Below are positions 12,345 through 26,507 of a stretch of DNA of 64,000 nucleotides, one piece after another. Source of the DNA: Octopus sinensis (lineage: Eukaryota); NCBI RefSeq assembly GCF_006345805.1, contig NC_043011.1, positions 13,900,464 to 13,964,463 on the forward strand, in the 5' to 3' direction. The notes beneath the pieces were generated by a model. That model saw only the letters and a list, made by a program, of their open reading frames with translations, did not search any database and was not told where the DNA came from. The position numbers and the translations under genes were made by a program. The first letter of the stretch is position 1; the number at the start of each line of letters is the position of its first letter.

Positions 12345-12920
12345 TAATAAATGCTCTGATGCAGTACCAAGCAGTGGCACTCATGGCTTCTGATCTTAAC
12401 TGATTGGAAGTGTTATCATGTACATTGTTTTGTCTTGGTGTAAAAGATGGGCTACAGCAAATATTCTGCTCAATACCACAGATTTGCTTGTCAGTTGCTT
12501 GACCATAACCAGTTGAGTATATCGCTTACTGGTTGATATGTGCATTTCTGATCACAAGCAGAAGTAGTTGGGGAGCATCGTAGCCATGTTTTGAGAGGAA
12601 TTCTTTTGGGTTTGATTAATTCACTTCTGGAAACATGGATGTTTTGTTCAACATCCTTAAACAAACCTTATTCAGGGCCTATTTGAGTAAGATAGGCTAC
12701 TCAACCTGAAGAAAATTCTAACTGGGCCCCACCTGCAAAGTTATGCGCTGTTTATTTCGATATGAAATTACCATGTCAGACACATGGTTGTGATGCATCT
12801 GCCTTGTGTACATGCTAATCAGACTGGTAGTCATGATGGGTGTATTGGGTTTTGTATATTTGTACCCCAGTGTCACTTTAATGGCATGCGCTGCTCTTTC
12901 ACTCAATAATAATAATAATT
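12345..12920. repeat. Interspersed ~570-bp repeat flanked by (AAT)n, second copy 25555-26062
   Basis: High identity between the two copies. Class not determined. Confidence 0.75.
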
Positions 12921-14522
12921 CTGTGGCAAGGAAATGATTGTTTAGTTGATTTCAACGTGTCTTTAACAATTATCTTACAAACCCTCATCATTTGAGAGAC
13001 AATCATGATCCCGTGATATAAATTGGCGATGAACAAGCAAGATACCAAACTAGGTGGCATAGGCATTATATAGAGAAAGAAATGGGCAATATTTAGGGGA
13101 CTGTATCCACAACCATCTTCTTCATATTCATCTAAGCAAATTCATGACACCATCATTTCAATCCAACCCACCACTGCATTGATCATCTCTCTCAGAGTCT
13201 GGAATTTCTGCATATCATGGATCCTCACCTTTCCATAAACATAAAAAGAAACAACTTACCTTTACACTTGGCATGGTTTCTTTTTTCATGTAACCCTTCC
13301 TCTTCCTCTCATCTTCTTACCTTCATGAGTATTCATATTTTTCCTGCATGTGCGTAATGATGCATTTCTAATCCTCACATCTTACACATTACCCTACTTT
13401 CTCCTAAATTCAAAATATATCTTGCTTTACACTCTATTAATCTAGTAACACTTTTTTGCCCCATTATCCTTTTTTTTTCTCCCTAGAGATGTTCTTCAAA
13501 TGCAATTTTTTTTTCAGTGTTCCTGAAAAGCTTTAAAAAATTTCTATCATTCACTTACTGTCACATATTCTCTCTCAACTATATGTATGCATTTTAACTT
13601 CTTTTCTATCAATAATAGTTTTTACTTTTCCATTTGTGTTGATTCCATTTGTGTTCTTGGTAGTATGTGTGTATACTTGCTTATATATCTACATTATACC
13701 ATTCATCATGTATCTCCCCTCTCTAGTCTGCATTGAGATTTGTTTTAATCTATCACTATCCTTCCTCAAACTCTTCATTTTGTCACTCTGGGAATGACTC
13801 CTGACCTCCTTTCCTTAAATATTCTTAGTGCTACTCTAAGCTTTAAACAATTTCTTATTCAGACAAAGGGCTTTGCTTGAAATATCTAGATTTTTACCTT
13901 CCTGCCGCAAACAAATTTATCTAAATTTACAAATGTACAGATATTCTTCGCTTCTTTGCTACTGTCTGCAGTAAACCCACTGTCATACATGTAGCGTTGG
14001 TAGGAGACCAAGATGTTTAAAGAAGAGAAAAATAGACAAAATTGTGGTTTCTATATATTTCGTAAAGGTTCATTAGTGAAGAGATCTGTGATATAGAGCA
14101 GATTTTTATCTTAAGTTGCTGAGAACTTACTGCTGCACTATATCATCTGTCTTTGATAACTGTAACAGAGATAATTCAGATAATGGTTGGTGAAAGTTAT
14201 CTTTATTCCAACTCTCCAAGGCAGCCATCATTCCAACAATAAATAATTTAGATTACTATTCTTTTGATTTTCTCTGTTTTTGTTAAAGTATATTTTCTTT
14301 AAACATCTAAGACTTTTAAAGTACATTCACACATTCACGTAAAAACACATTCACACACAATCTTACAACAGAGATGCTTAAAATTCAACAACGACAACTT
14401 TGTAGAGTTATAACGATCGTTGTAATGATAATATGCATTGAATAAACGAGAGAAGAATAATAGTAATTGTTAGTTGAGATGGTCCTTTATTTTGTGTCAT
14501 CATTGTTGCGAAGTAAGTTACA

Positions 14523-14815
14523 ACCAAAATGCAAATATATGGAAAACTACCACCTGTGTCATCTCTTGTGAAAGGTAGGAGAGTCCAGTTTGCTGGACAT
14601 TGTTCTAGAGCTGAAAACGAGGCAATTTCTACTCTTCTCCTCTGGAAGCCATCTACTCGCGATACCAGAGGGCGCACACTCTCCTACCCTGATGTAATCT
14701 CCAGGGATACAGGCATCCAGCAACAGCACCTCCGTAATTCTATGATGGACCGTGAAGTCTGGCGTAGCATAGTAAATTCCATTGTCTCGACCACGGTCGA
14801 ACAATGATGATGATG
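14523..14815 (+). mobile_element. 5'-truncated RTE-X-like LINE 3' end, (GAT)n tail, TSD aagttacaac
   Basis: RRVQFAGHC.R..GR....DRE.WR motifs. Near-identical inverted copy at 31751-32222. Confidence 0.85.
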
Positions 14816-15896
14816 AAGTTACAACTACTTTGAGTTGTTGTAGTGCACAAATTATCGTTAGTTATATAGCCCGTTCCATACGTAAGCTTCATCTGTGGAG
14901 GACTGCTAAAGAGAGTAAGAACAAGAGAGCCATATGAGGAGAAGCAGAGATGCTCTTTGACCTGGGGCTGGGTGACTAAAGAGAGAAAACTGATTTGAGG
15001 TTGATTATTTATTTCCATTCTAACCAAATTAGGTCGGGCTAAATAAAAGATTTTTTCCTCTGTACCAGCTTTGACCCATGTATGACATGAAAAGGTTGTA
15101 GATCACAGTTAACTCTCATGAATTTCCTAGTGTAATTGGCAAGAACTATAGGAAGAGAACTTGTAGGAAAATGTAGATTCAGTTTTGAATCCTGTCTTAG
15201 AAATTTGGAAGCTATTTGTTACTGAGGGGATGTTGAAGATGTGACCCAAATTAATAATAGCTGTCCAAATATATTAACAAAGCATAAACACTATGTAATA
15301 CAAAGGTAGACTTAGTTTGGGAGGCTTTTATGTGATGAGTATTAATGGGTTACAGCTGCCTCAATGCTAAAACAAATTAGGAGATTCCTGTGTAGGAGGG
15401 GAAAAAGTATTCCCTGCAATGAAATTTAGTTCTCTAGCTGATATAAACTAAATGACATGGAGAATGTCTGTGGGCAAATAATAAGCTGTCCAAGAGTTTA
15501 TGGATTTATATCAAGTTTTGACTTGCCGTTTGTACTTGTGGCTACTGGGATTCTTGGCTAGAGACCAAAATACTTCAGTGCTAGTCTAGAAAGATAGATA
15601 TATCCGAAGTTATTGGCTGAATGAAATTGATCTGTAAACAACAGGCTTAATCCATAAGAATTCACCTTATTTACATAATCAACTTAGTGTACTCTTGTGT
15701 CAAAGGAAAAGGAACAAAGCAAAGCAGTTATTTAAGAATACAGATGCACATATAGATTTATACACACACACACATTTATGCATACATATATTTACATTTT
15801 TATATACATAAAACATTCACACACACTTTAATAGAATTTAGGAAACAGTCTTGTATAACTTTATCAAAGCTGTCATTTTTTCCTTTATCTCTTTAG

Positions 15897-15960
15897 GGTG
15901 AACAAATGAGACCACGTGTAGTTAAAAGAGGAATTGAAGACTTTGCTACAGTATATGATG
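15897..15960 (+). CDS. SEC23IP: SEC23IP/DDHD2-like exon (GEQMRPRVVKRGIEDFATVYDG)
   Basis: ctttag acceptor, gtgaac donor, 64 nt, phase 0/1. RPRVVKRGI is conserved in SEC23IP/DDHD2. Confidence 0.92.
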
Positions 15961-15990
15961 GTGAACAATATTTTTCTTACTATCTACCAT

Positions 15991-16024
<34 letters not shown>

Positions 16025-16035
16025 AGAAAGAGAGA

Positions 16036-18231
16036 GAGAGCTGGGCGTAATTCTGTTAGCCATTAATTAATGAAGTTAACATTTTCATTAACGAATTAAC
16101 TTTTAAGTTAACTTTGAAAATCATTATTGAACTAATTAACTTATGCTACATTTAGCTTCCGTTAACTCGAATTCGTTAACCCAAAAATTTCATAAAAACT
16201 GGTAAACGTTTAAAAGTTTTGTATTGTTTACAGATTGTCTTAGCATATTTTATATTGTACGCGCCATTCTTTCAACCCCAATATAACGCCACTTATTATA
16301 AGTAACTTGTAGGACCTTGTTTGGCCCTGCCTGGATTTGAAACCAAATTCACCTGCTTGTTGCTTGCAAAGACAGCGGAAAATTTCTTTGTCCTGTCAAG
16401 AGGGAACAGTGATTGATGTGTTTTCACCTTGCTGAGGTGGATGTCAGCAGAGAAAATATTGACTTCCATAAAATGGAAAAAATAAATGGAAGGAAAAATG
16501 TTGGTAAAAAGACCCGCAAAACGAAACACCCTTGGTGGGAAACTTTGAGGTCTCCACTCATCCCACCTTTCTTTTCCAGAAAAAAAGTGGCTTGTGGCAT
16601 GTTTGGAGGTCAGATAGGTTGAATGCACCTGAAAAAAACTGTGGAAAAATTATTCCACACCGAGGTACAAAATATTTACCGAAAAAATAAAATCTTGTCC
16701 CGATTATAGCTGTATTTTAATCAATTCAAATTCATTTACCCCATCTTGAAAAGTGGCAAAATTTTTGTCGGTTGCCATCTGAAATAATTTTAGTAACAAA
16801 TCAAACAAGTAAGATGCATTAAGAATTTCAATTTTAGTGTTTATCCATAATGTTAATGCTTTTACACCTGTTAATTAAATTTACCTGCCCATAAAAGTCA
16901 AATTTACTCAGCAAGATCAGCTAAAGTTACATAACTATAAATGAGTGGTATATAAAGCACCCACTGATAAAATTTCAAATCTGTATGTAGAACATTTACT
17001 AAGTTTCAAGTAGATATTGTGGACACTTCTCTTGAACCTGAATAATTCAAAATAACATGAACAAATAAGCATTACATTTGACATTAATATGAATACTAAA
17101 GATGTTTTTAGGTGTTTATTTTTTCTTACACACAGAACATGGCCTCCCTCAGTTGGGACTACACGTGTGTAACTTTGGCATCATCATTCCATAAAATTTG
17201 TTTATGGGAAGAAAAATATTTATTTCTTTATTGCCCACAGGGGGCTAAACATAGAGGATATAATCAAGGACAAACAAAATGATTAAGTTGATTACGTCGA
17301 CCCCAGTGCATAACTGGAACTTATTTAATCAACTTCGAAAGGATGAAGGGTAAAGTTGACCTCGGTGGAATGTGAACTCAGAACGTAAAGCAGATGAAAT
17401 ACTGCTAAGCATTTTACGTAGCATGCTAACGATTCTTCCAGCCCACCGAGAAAAAGATTGAAAAATATCAGTAGATATGTGAGTGAGATAGAAACGAGGT
17501 GGGAGGTTTTGGGATGTGCTAGAAACAACAACCAGATCTCCCTTAAATCACTCAATTTTCCTCTGAAATCATTAAAATTTCTTTTAAAACTAAATATTTT
17601 CTCTCAAGGGTTTTAAGTGTGTAGTGAGAAAAAAAAAATGGACAAAATCGTTTGACTGGGGTGGTGAGGGGGTTGTGGGAGTGAAAAAATTTTCCAAATT
17701 TTTTTTTTTTATGTGAAAAGATGCCCTACCATCATTCTGAAGACTTTGTTGAAAAATATTGGTAAAAATTCCCATCAAAGTGGAGAAATTCCAGCTTATG
17801 TGGGCTGTCTGATCCAGAAACTCCTTCCCCTGCCCCCCTTCCTAAAATTTTGCCTGCAAATTTCTTTGTAATTGTAATCTCCACCATTTGAAAGGTATTT
17901 GTATAAAATTTCATTGAAAAAAACCCCATTTTCCAGAAAGTTATGAAGGGGGAAACTCCTCACCCCAACCCCTCAAAAAATTTTTTTTCCATCAAATTTT
18001 CGCATATACTCGATCTACAGGATATAAGCGATTGTTTGGTGAAAGTTTTGTTAAAAAGTATCCATCTTTCAGGAAGTTATGAGGCAACAAAGTCAATGGG
18101 GTATTAAACTGTAGTTATGCCTTTTTTTCAATAAAAGTTAATGTTAATGGATTAACGTTAGTTTCTGTTACATTTTCAAAGAATTAACAGATTAACGAAG
18201 TTAACTTTTCAATTAACAGTGCCCACCTCTG
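16036..18231. mobile_element. hAT-like non-autonomous element with gttaac-rich subterminal repeats and a SINE B insertion
   Basis: Ends agagctgggc.. / ..gtgcccacctctg (CAGxGxTGGGC TIR type). Possible BED-finger remnant near 16580-16670. Confidence 0.5.
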
Positions 18232-18726
18232 TATGTATATATATATATATATATATATACAAAATTTAAAGAACTGACCACTAAAAGTGGACGGTCAATA
18301 TGCTAGATATAGACATCAAAATCGCTATTTTCCACGAAGAATGTGTTCTCAAGAAAAAACTCAGCACAAAACCAAAGTGTAAAAAATAAGCAAGACAAAT
18401 GAAAATATACGAAATCAAAAACGAAATGAAAATATACAGCGGTGCCCCAGCATGGCCACAGCTGAAACTAGATAAAAAAAAAGAAAATATACGAAATCAA
18501 AAATCGTTTTTGATTTCGTATATTTTCATTTGCTTATTTTTTACACTTTGGTTTTGTGCTGAGTTTTTTCTTGAGAACACATTCTTCGTGGAAAATAGCA
18601 ACCGTCCACTTTTAGTGGTCAGTCCTTTAAATTTTGTTTGTAAAAAATATTTTAATCTTCAGATTTTTTTAATATGCTAGGCCACTGGTTTTAATTGATT
18701 AATATCAATTTCTACCCTTATTCAAT

Positions 18727-18783
<57 letters not shown>

Positions 18784-19307
18784 AAAATGAGATGACAAAG
18801 GAATAGATGATTATTTTATGAACTTTATTACCGTAAAGCTATTTCTGCTATATGATGTAGTGGACTGATTGCATTTAATTTTTGAGGCTCCAGTGAAACT
18901 ATAAGGTGTTGGCCCAAGCACTCAACTACGAGTCCGCTGCATCTTATAGCAGAAACAACTGTAAGGTAATAATGAAATTCATAAGATAATCGTTTATTTG
19001 TTTGTCATCACATTTTCTTAGTACTACTTTGTATTCGACTAGCGCTTTGTTCTGAAGAATACGTGTATTGAGTTCTATACCAGGTTATTAGTCTTGCAAA
19101 ACCTAAGTGCTATATATATATATATATATATAAATTAGAAAAATAGAAAAAAAACACCTTTTATCAATTCAAAATGAACAATTAAATTACACCATCTAGA
19201 AAATTACATATAATAGAAATATTAACATTAAAATAGCAATAAAATGTCAAAGATTAAGTAAATTGCAAAACAAAATAACAATAACTTATTTAAATTGTAC
19301 AATAACA

Positions 19308-19338
<31 letters not shown>

Positions 19339-20076
19339 GTAGAGGTGCAATGGCCCAGTGGTTAGGGCAGTGGACTCGCGGTTGTAGGATCACAGTTTCG
19401 ATTCCCAGACCGGGCGTTGTGAGTGTTTATTGAGCGAAAACACCATAAGCTCCACATGGCTCCAGCAGGGGCTGGTGGCGATCCCTGCTGTACTCTTTCG
19501 CCACAACTTTCACTCTTCTGTTGGCCTGCTCACTTAGCCAGCGGGGTGGCGTCATTTGAAGGCTAAAACAATGCGAAGCGCATTGTGACCAGCGACATGT
19601 AGCAACATCTGATAGCCTGGTCGATCATGGTGATATCATCATCATCGTTTAGCATCCGTTTTCCATGCCAGCATGGGTTGGACGGTTCAACTGGGGTCTG
19701 GGAAGCCAGAAGGCTGCACCAGGCCCAGTCTGATCTGGCAATGTTTCTACGGCTGGATGACCTTCCTAACGCCAACCACTCCATGAGTGTAGTGGGTGCT
19801 TTTTACGTGCCACCAGCACAGGTGCCAGACGAGGCTGGCAAACGGCCATGATCGGATGGTGCTTTTTACTTGCCACTGGCATGGAGGCCAGGCGAGGCTG
19901 GCAACGGCCACGATCGGATGGTACTTTTTACGTGCCTGATGTGCTCATTGTTTTCTTTTTTCCTTTTGTTTCAAAATTTTATTCTCTTGTACCCAAGGTG
20001 TTGTAGGTTTGATGAATTTTCAGGCTATTTAAGGAATTTTATGAGTTTCAATTATTTCTTCTTACGTCCTTTTCAG

Positions 20077-20166
20077 GTGAAACTGGGAAAATTGATCATC
20101 TTGTGTTTATAGTTCATGGCATTGGACCTGTTTGTGATATACGCTTCCGCAGTATTGTCGAATGCG
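20077..20166 (+). CDS. SEC23IP: SEC23IP/DDHD2-like exon ([29 protein letters not shown])
   Basis: tttcag/gtaagt, 90 nt, phase 1/1. DHLVFxVHGIG family motif. Confidence 0.95.
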
Positions 20167-20641
20167 GTAAGTAATATTGCTTTTTTAGTTAATAGTTACT
20201 TCACTAATTTTTTTGTGTTTGTAATAATGACATTTGCTACATTTTTCTGAAGTTCAAATGTAATCAAACAAGTTCGATTAATTATACCTGTGGCAGTGGA
20301 GGCCTCTCACGTTCTTGGCTGCTGGACCATATCCCTGCTCACCACTATTGGGGTGGTGATGGCTATCTGCAAGCGCAAGCCCCATGAGTCAGAGTAGTTG
20401 TCCCACCGCATTTCCCCTGCCATATTCTGGGGCAGAGCTTTTTCCATTGTCTACTGGGATCATGAGAAAGTACGATTTACAGAAAATTGTATGTTCCACT
20501 CCTTAATGTAAAGTCACTCCATATAAATTGCTGATAAATTCTCATTTCTAATTGTATTTACGATCAGGCAAAATGTTGATTTGTTAAGTGATATCTAGTT
20601 TAATTAATCACAGTTGATCACATTTTTTCTTTTTCCTTCAG

Positions 20642-20783
20642 TCGATGACTTCCGTTCAATTTCACAGACCTTATTGCAATCTCACTTCAGTGAAGGCCTT
20701 AAATCAGGCTATGTTGGTCGTGTTGAATACCTGCCAGTTTATTGGCATTCTGCATTGCACAGTGAAGCTACTGGCATAGATAA
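20642..20783 (+). CDS. SEC23IP: SEC23IP/DDHD2-like exon ([38 protein letters not shown])
   Basis: ccttcag/gtaagt, 142 nt, phase 1/2. RVExLPVxWH motif. Confidence 0.95.
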
Positions 20784-22657
20784 GTAAGTGCTTGGGTTTG
20801 TTTCTTTCTAATGCTGAATTAATGGTATGTGTAATCATCATCATCATCGTTGTTTAACGTCCGCTTTCCATGCTAGCATGGGTTGGAAGGTTTGACTGTG
20901 GGCTGGCAAACCAGATGGCTGCACCAGGCTCCACTCTTGATCTGACAGAGTTTCTACAGCTGGATGCCCTTCCTAACGCCAACCACTCCGAGAGTGTAGT
21001 GGGTGCTTTTACGTGCCACCGGCACGGGGGCCAGTCAGGCGGTACTGGCAACGACCTCGCTCGAATTCTTTACACTTGCCAACAGCACAGGTGCCAGTAA
21101 GGCGATGCTGATAACGATCCCGCTCAAATGGTGCCTCCTATATGCCACCGGCATGGAAGCCGGTTAGCTGCTCTGTCAACAATCATGCTCGTATGGTACT
21201 CGTGCCCGTCATCAAATTTCACTTTGATTTCGATTTGAACTTGCCTCAACAGGTCTTCGCAAGCAGAGTTTAGTGTTCAATATTAAATAGAATCTAATTT
21301 TACAAGGATTTTGAATTAAATTTTGATATTGCACTTGGGAAGTATTTACTGCAAATCTCCTTTGAACAAGTGTGTAGTTTTTCTGTCATTTGGCTCCTTG
21401 ATCGAGCAAATCGAAAGACATTTTAGTCTAGCCACCTTATCTTTTATCATGTGTAATGTAAGCAGGACAAACATTATCGAATGTAACTTTTCATTTTTAA
21501 AATAATAGAATGTGTTTTGAGTGAGATTTGACTGCTATTTCTTGCAGCTTGAACAACCTCAAACAGGCTTCTTTATGAACTATATGATTTTGTTTAATTG
21601 TTGCTATTGTTGTTTAATTCTAGATTAGTTCTAATCATCATGTCATTTTTGCAGGCACACATCTCATAGGTTTTGTCAGAAAAGGGATTTGAAATAAATT
21701 TACCTGCTATTTATCATAGCTCAAACCACCCCGTATAAAACTTCCTCTATTGGCTTTAGTGCATTGGTTTATCTTATCATTTTTATGTCTGCTTTCCATA
21801 CTAGCATGAGTAGACAGGTTGTCATGTTCTGAGTTAGTTCAAATTCAGAATTACTGCTCTCATTATCATCATCATTATCAGTTTTCTATGCTGGCATGAG
21901 TTGGACATTTTAACCAGAGCTGGTAAGCCGGAGAGCTGCACCAGGTTCCAGTCTGATTTCGCTTGGTTTCTACAAGTGGATGCCCTTCCTAATGCCAACC
22001 ACTTTACAGTGTGGTGCTAGGGGTTTTGAACGTAGCACCAGCATAAGTGTTTTTTATGTGACACTGGCACAGGGCTCTTTCAAGCCAATCCTCTTCATCA
22101 GGGGTTGGGGGGGAGCAGCCATAACACTTTTGCTGTGCCCTTCCTGACACCAATCACTTTACAGTACATACCGGGTACAGTTCCTCATAGCATCAACACT
22201 AGAGAAATGTCTTTGACCAGAATAAAGGGTCCTCTTGAACTTGTGTTGTTTCTATTCATTTACCAGCAACATTACAGTGTGTAGTGGCTGCAGTTTATCA
22301 TGGTAACAGTCCTGTTAAAGTTGCCTTGTACATACAAAACTAAAGAGTCCTGTATGAAGAACACTGAAATCCATTGCAATTTTTGATCAACAAACTTTTA
22401 TTCTTTTCATGCACAAAAAACAAATGTTGTTACTACAAATGACAAAACATTGAGAGAGTTTTGAATGTTATTGTTCTTGTAGTTAGCTGCTCACTGTGCT
22501 ACTGACGTCTAATGTCTTTTGTCTTCTGACTGTTCATTGCTTTTGTGTTGTCAGCTGTTGTCTGCCATCTCTGTTGGCCACCTATCATCTCTGTCAAAGC
22601 TCTCTGTCTAGTAGTTATGGTATATCAAATTTATACTGATTGTGATACTACTAGTTG

Positions 22658-23426
22658 TGATACCTGTGTCGGTGGCACGTAAAAAGCATCATCCGAACGT
22701 GGCCGATGCCAGCACCACCTTGACTGGCTTCTGTGCCGGTGGCACGTAAAAAGCACCATCCGAACGTGGCCGATGCCAGCACCACCTTGACTGGCTTCTG
22801 TGCCGGTGGCACGTAAAAAGCACCATCTGAACGTGGCCGATGCCACCACCACCTTGACTGGCTTCTGTGCCGGTGGCATGTAAAAAGCACCATCCGAACG
22901 TGGCCGATGCCAGCACCACCTTGACTGGCTTCTGTGCCGGTGGCATGTAAAAAGCACCATCTGAACGTGGCCGATGCCAGCACCACCATGACTGGCTTCT
23001 GTGCCGGTGGCACATAAAAAGCACCATCCGAACGTGGCCGATGCCAGCACCACCTTGACTGGCTTCTGTGCCGGTGGCATGTAAAAAGCACCATCCGAAC
23101 GTGGCCGATGCCAGCACCACCTTGACTGGCTTCTGTGCCGGTGGCATGTAAAAAGCACCATCTGAACGTGGCCGATGCCGGTGGCACGTAAAAAGCACCA
23201 ACCGATCGTGGCCGTTGCCAGCCTCCCCTGGCACCTGTGCCGGTGGTACGTAAAAAGCACCCACTACACTCACAGAGTGGTTGGTGTTAGGAAGGGCATC
23301 CAGCTGTAGAAACACTGCCAGATCAGACTGAAGCCTGGTGCAGCCTCCTGGCTTCCCAGACCCTGGTCGAACCGTCCAACCTCTGCTAGCACGGAAAACG
23401 GACGTTAAATGATGATGATGATGATG
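22658..23426 (+). mobile_element. RTE-type 3' UTR element with about 8 x 60-bp internal tandem repeat (related copies 19640-19935 -, 20835-21275 -, 34170-34668 +, 39712-39904 +, 44269-44508 -, 57350-57686 +, 58250-58850 +, 61686-62012 +)
   Basis: Shared core cccactacactc.cggagtggttggcgttaggaagggcatccagctgtagaaac..ggacgttaaa(tga)n, same as the 3' end of the RTE at 10215. Confidence 0.88.
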
Positions 23427-23790
23427 ATAGGCTCAGAAGGAAGCACACCAAAAAATGAAATCATCACTAGTTTATTCAATATGAAGGTGTGATTGGTCAG
23501 ATTTTGTTGATCGTGTGGGTTAATATTCTAGCAAATCATGACTTCAGGTGATGGCTGATTATTCCTACTATAGTCCTAGCTAGTACTCAGCAGTGTTTCA
23601 GTTCCTTCTAGGCAATGTGAATAAGAGAGAGAGAGAGAGAGAGAGATGATAGAAGAACCAGGATGAGTGGGTGAAATGAGCAAGGGTATGGTGGCTGGAG
23701 CATTGTGACTGGGGTTAAAGAGATTGATGGGGAATAAGAGAGAGTGAGGGACGTCAGTAACAAATATTTCTGGAAAGAGAGAGAGAGAGA

Positions 23791-23821
<31 letters not shown>

Positions 23822-23931
23822 ATAACTGGTAGTACAGAAAAGGTGATGGTAGAGTGTGTTGGATCTGATTATCCTGTTAACATTTCACCCCTTTTTGACT
23901 TGTATTTAACTCTCAATTTCTTTCTCTTCAG

Positions 23932-24034
23932 TCAACTGAAAGCAATAACCCTTCCAAGCACGCAGAAGCTTCGGCAATTTATCAATGATACATTGTTAGA
24001 TATTTTGTTTTATACCAGCCCCAAATACTGTCAG
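23932..24034 (+). CDS. SEC23IP: SEC23IP/DDHD2-like exon ([34 protein letters not shown])
   Basis: cttcag/gtaaaa, 103 nt, phase 2/0. [23 protein letters not shown] is conserved. Confidence 0.95.
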
Positions 24035-24531
24035 GTAAAATATATTCCTTTTGCTGATTAATATCACAAATCTGAATTACAAACCTTTCATTTAACATCG
24101 TCTCTCACAATGACTCTCAAACTGATTTCTATATTTTTCTATTTAAGATTATTTGTTGTAGCAGTAACTGTTTGAGAGTTAAGTGTAATTATATGTGTTT
24201 TTATTAACACTTTTGGTACCAACCCTGCTATGATACACTTTTTCTATATAAAGTGAGATAAATTAAAATTTCCCATTAAAATTCCTCGTTAATTTATGTT
24301 TGAATACCAGCTTAGTACTGACTGATACTTTACAAAATTCTTTATTATTTTCAAAATTAACTAAACCAAATGCAATGTAGTTCAACAGAAGTATGGTAAC
24401 AAAAGGGTTTACATATTTACAAAAGGATTAAAGTGTGTGGGCATGATGAAATAATTGGGTCCAAAGTATCCGACTAGATCTTGTCATCATAAATTGTGAT
24501 ATTTTTCTTTTTTTCTTTTTCTTTTTTACAG

Positions 24532-24637
24532 ACAATGTGTGATACTGTTGGTTCTGAAATTAATCGTCTCTATGAATTATTTTTATCAAGAAACCCTACT
24601 TTCAAAGGAACTGTGTCAGTATCTGGGCATAGCTTAG
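24532..24637 (+). CDS. SEC23IP: SEC23IP/DDHD2-like exon with lipase nucleophile motif GHSLG
   Basis: Long polypyrimidine tract + acag, gttagt donor, 106 nt, phase 0/1. [36 protein letters not shown] (GxSxG). Confidence 0.95.
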
Positions 24638-24967
24638 GTTAGTGTTCTATTAACTTTACAATAACAATCTCATTTCTTCATGTCAAGTTTTTGTATTACA
24701 TCAACAACAGTTCTGTTGTCTCTCAACTTGTGAGACAACAGTTGATATAATCCTTCAGTATGTGATTTATGTGACTGTGACACATAGGATTAAGAAGAAA
24801 AGAACATTTTGACTATTTGTTAATCATTAGAGGAATGTTCTATCAATATAATTATATGTAAAACCAAAATATTGTATGTAATGTTGGTAATACTGAAATA
24901 TTTTATGTAATGTTTATAATACCTATATATTGATCTATATATATAAATGGCAAAATGTGTGTGTGTG

Positions 24968-25300
24968 TGTCTATCCTTTATACTAATCCACAATTTTTCA
25001 GTTAGAGGGCTCGTACTTTCTATGGACATTCAAAATCGTCCAAGGGTGGTTGTGCACATCTTTACATTTCCCCAGTCACCCCGCAAAGCCATTAAAAAAT
25101 CAATAGAAGTGACTTTTTTGTGAATTTTCTATCCAAAACCCAATCAAAATGCCCGAAACTTGATATGCCAATTGAATGCCAGCTAGCTGTATGTGATTGG
25201 TCAGAGATTTGGACAGTACTTGCGTGTATGTGCGCACGCAAGCAGCTGTATATGCATGCACTAGCACTATGACCCGGTTTTGCCGGGTCATAGTGCTACT
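24968..25300 (+). mobile_element. Helitron-like non-autonomous element, second copy at about 62705-63018
   Basis: Two similar copies, each ending in hairpin gcactatgacccgg..ccgggtcatagtgc, with terminal CTAG in the 63018 copy. Confidence 0.65.
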
Positions 25301-26191
25301 AATAAATATAATTATAATAATAATGACGATTTCAAATTTTGGCTCAAGGCCAGCAAGTTCAGGGGAGGGTGTCTAGTTGATTGCATCGACCCCAATGCTC
25401 AGCTAGTACTTATTTTATGAACCCCGGAAGGATGAAAGGCAAAGTTGATCTTGGTGGAAATTGAACATAAAAACAGGTGAAAAACCACTAAGCATTTTGC
25501 CCGGTGTGCTAATAATTCTGCCAGCTCACCGCCATTCTTAATATTAATAATGATGATGATAAATGCCCTGATGCAGTACCAGGCAGTAGCTCTCATGGCT
25601 TCTGATGTTTTGTCTTGGTATAAAAGATGGGCTACAGTAAATATTCTGACCAATACCACAGATGTGCTTGACCTTCACCAGTCGAGCATGTCCCTTAGTG
25701 GCTGACGTTATGTGCATCTTTGATCATGAACAGGAATAGTGGGGAGGCATCATAGCCATGTGCTGAGAGGAATTCTTTGAGGGTTTGAATAATTCACCTC
25801 TGGAAACAGGTGTTTCATTCATCATCTTTAAACAACCCTTATTCAGGGACCATTTGAGTGGAATGAGCTACTTGACCTGAAGAAAATTCTAATAAGGTCA
25901 TGTGCTGTTTATCTTGATACAAAATCACTATATTGCAGACACATGGTTGTGATGCATGTACCTGGTGTACCCTTATCAGACGGGTAGTCATGTGGGTATA
26001 TTGGGTTTTGTACATTTGTACCCCAGTGTCACTTTAATGGTATGCATTTCTCTCTCTCTCTCAACAATAGCAATAGTATTAGTAGTAGTAATAATAATTG
26101 TTTTGTAGAAGCATAAGGCTATAAATTTCTAAGGAAGAGAATAGCTAACTGAATCAACTACAGTTATGCCTGATATTTATTTCATAGGACT

Positions 26192-26243
<52 letters not shown>

Positions 26244-26388
26244 ATATTTGATCCTTGTCAGATCTAAAAACCGAATGTAGAGATGGAAATCATCACTTCA
26301 GTATCTATACCCTCATTATAATGAAGATAACGTTCCCATTTACTCTAATCCAGTTAATTCTAATATGTCTCATATTCTACAATTTCAG

Positions 26389-26507
26389 GTTCATCTATTC
26401 TCTTTGATTTGTTGTTGCATCAGCACAATCCTCAAAATAATCAGAAATTAGGAGACAAAAGCAAGGACATTAGTCCTGAACCTGCTCCTGTTCCAGAAGT
26501 GGACAAG
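26389..26507 (+). CDS. SEC23IP: SEC23IP/DDHD2-like exon (SSILFDLLLHQHNPQ..EVDK)
   Basis: tttcag/gtaaat, 119 nt, phase 1/0. Continues GHSLG-S.ILFD.L. Confidence 0.92.

Noticed and set aside
22670-23180. Regular 60-bp repeats resembling a CRISPR array, with long ORFs in three frames
   Set aside because: No unique spacers, no cas genes, eukaryotic context. It is a VNTR inside an RTE 3' UTR and the ORFs are by-products of the repeat
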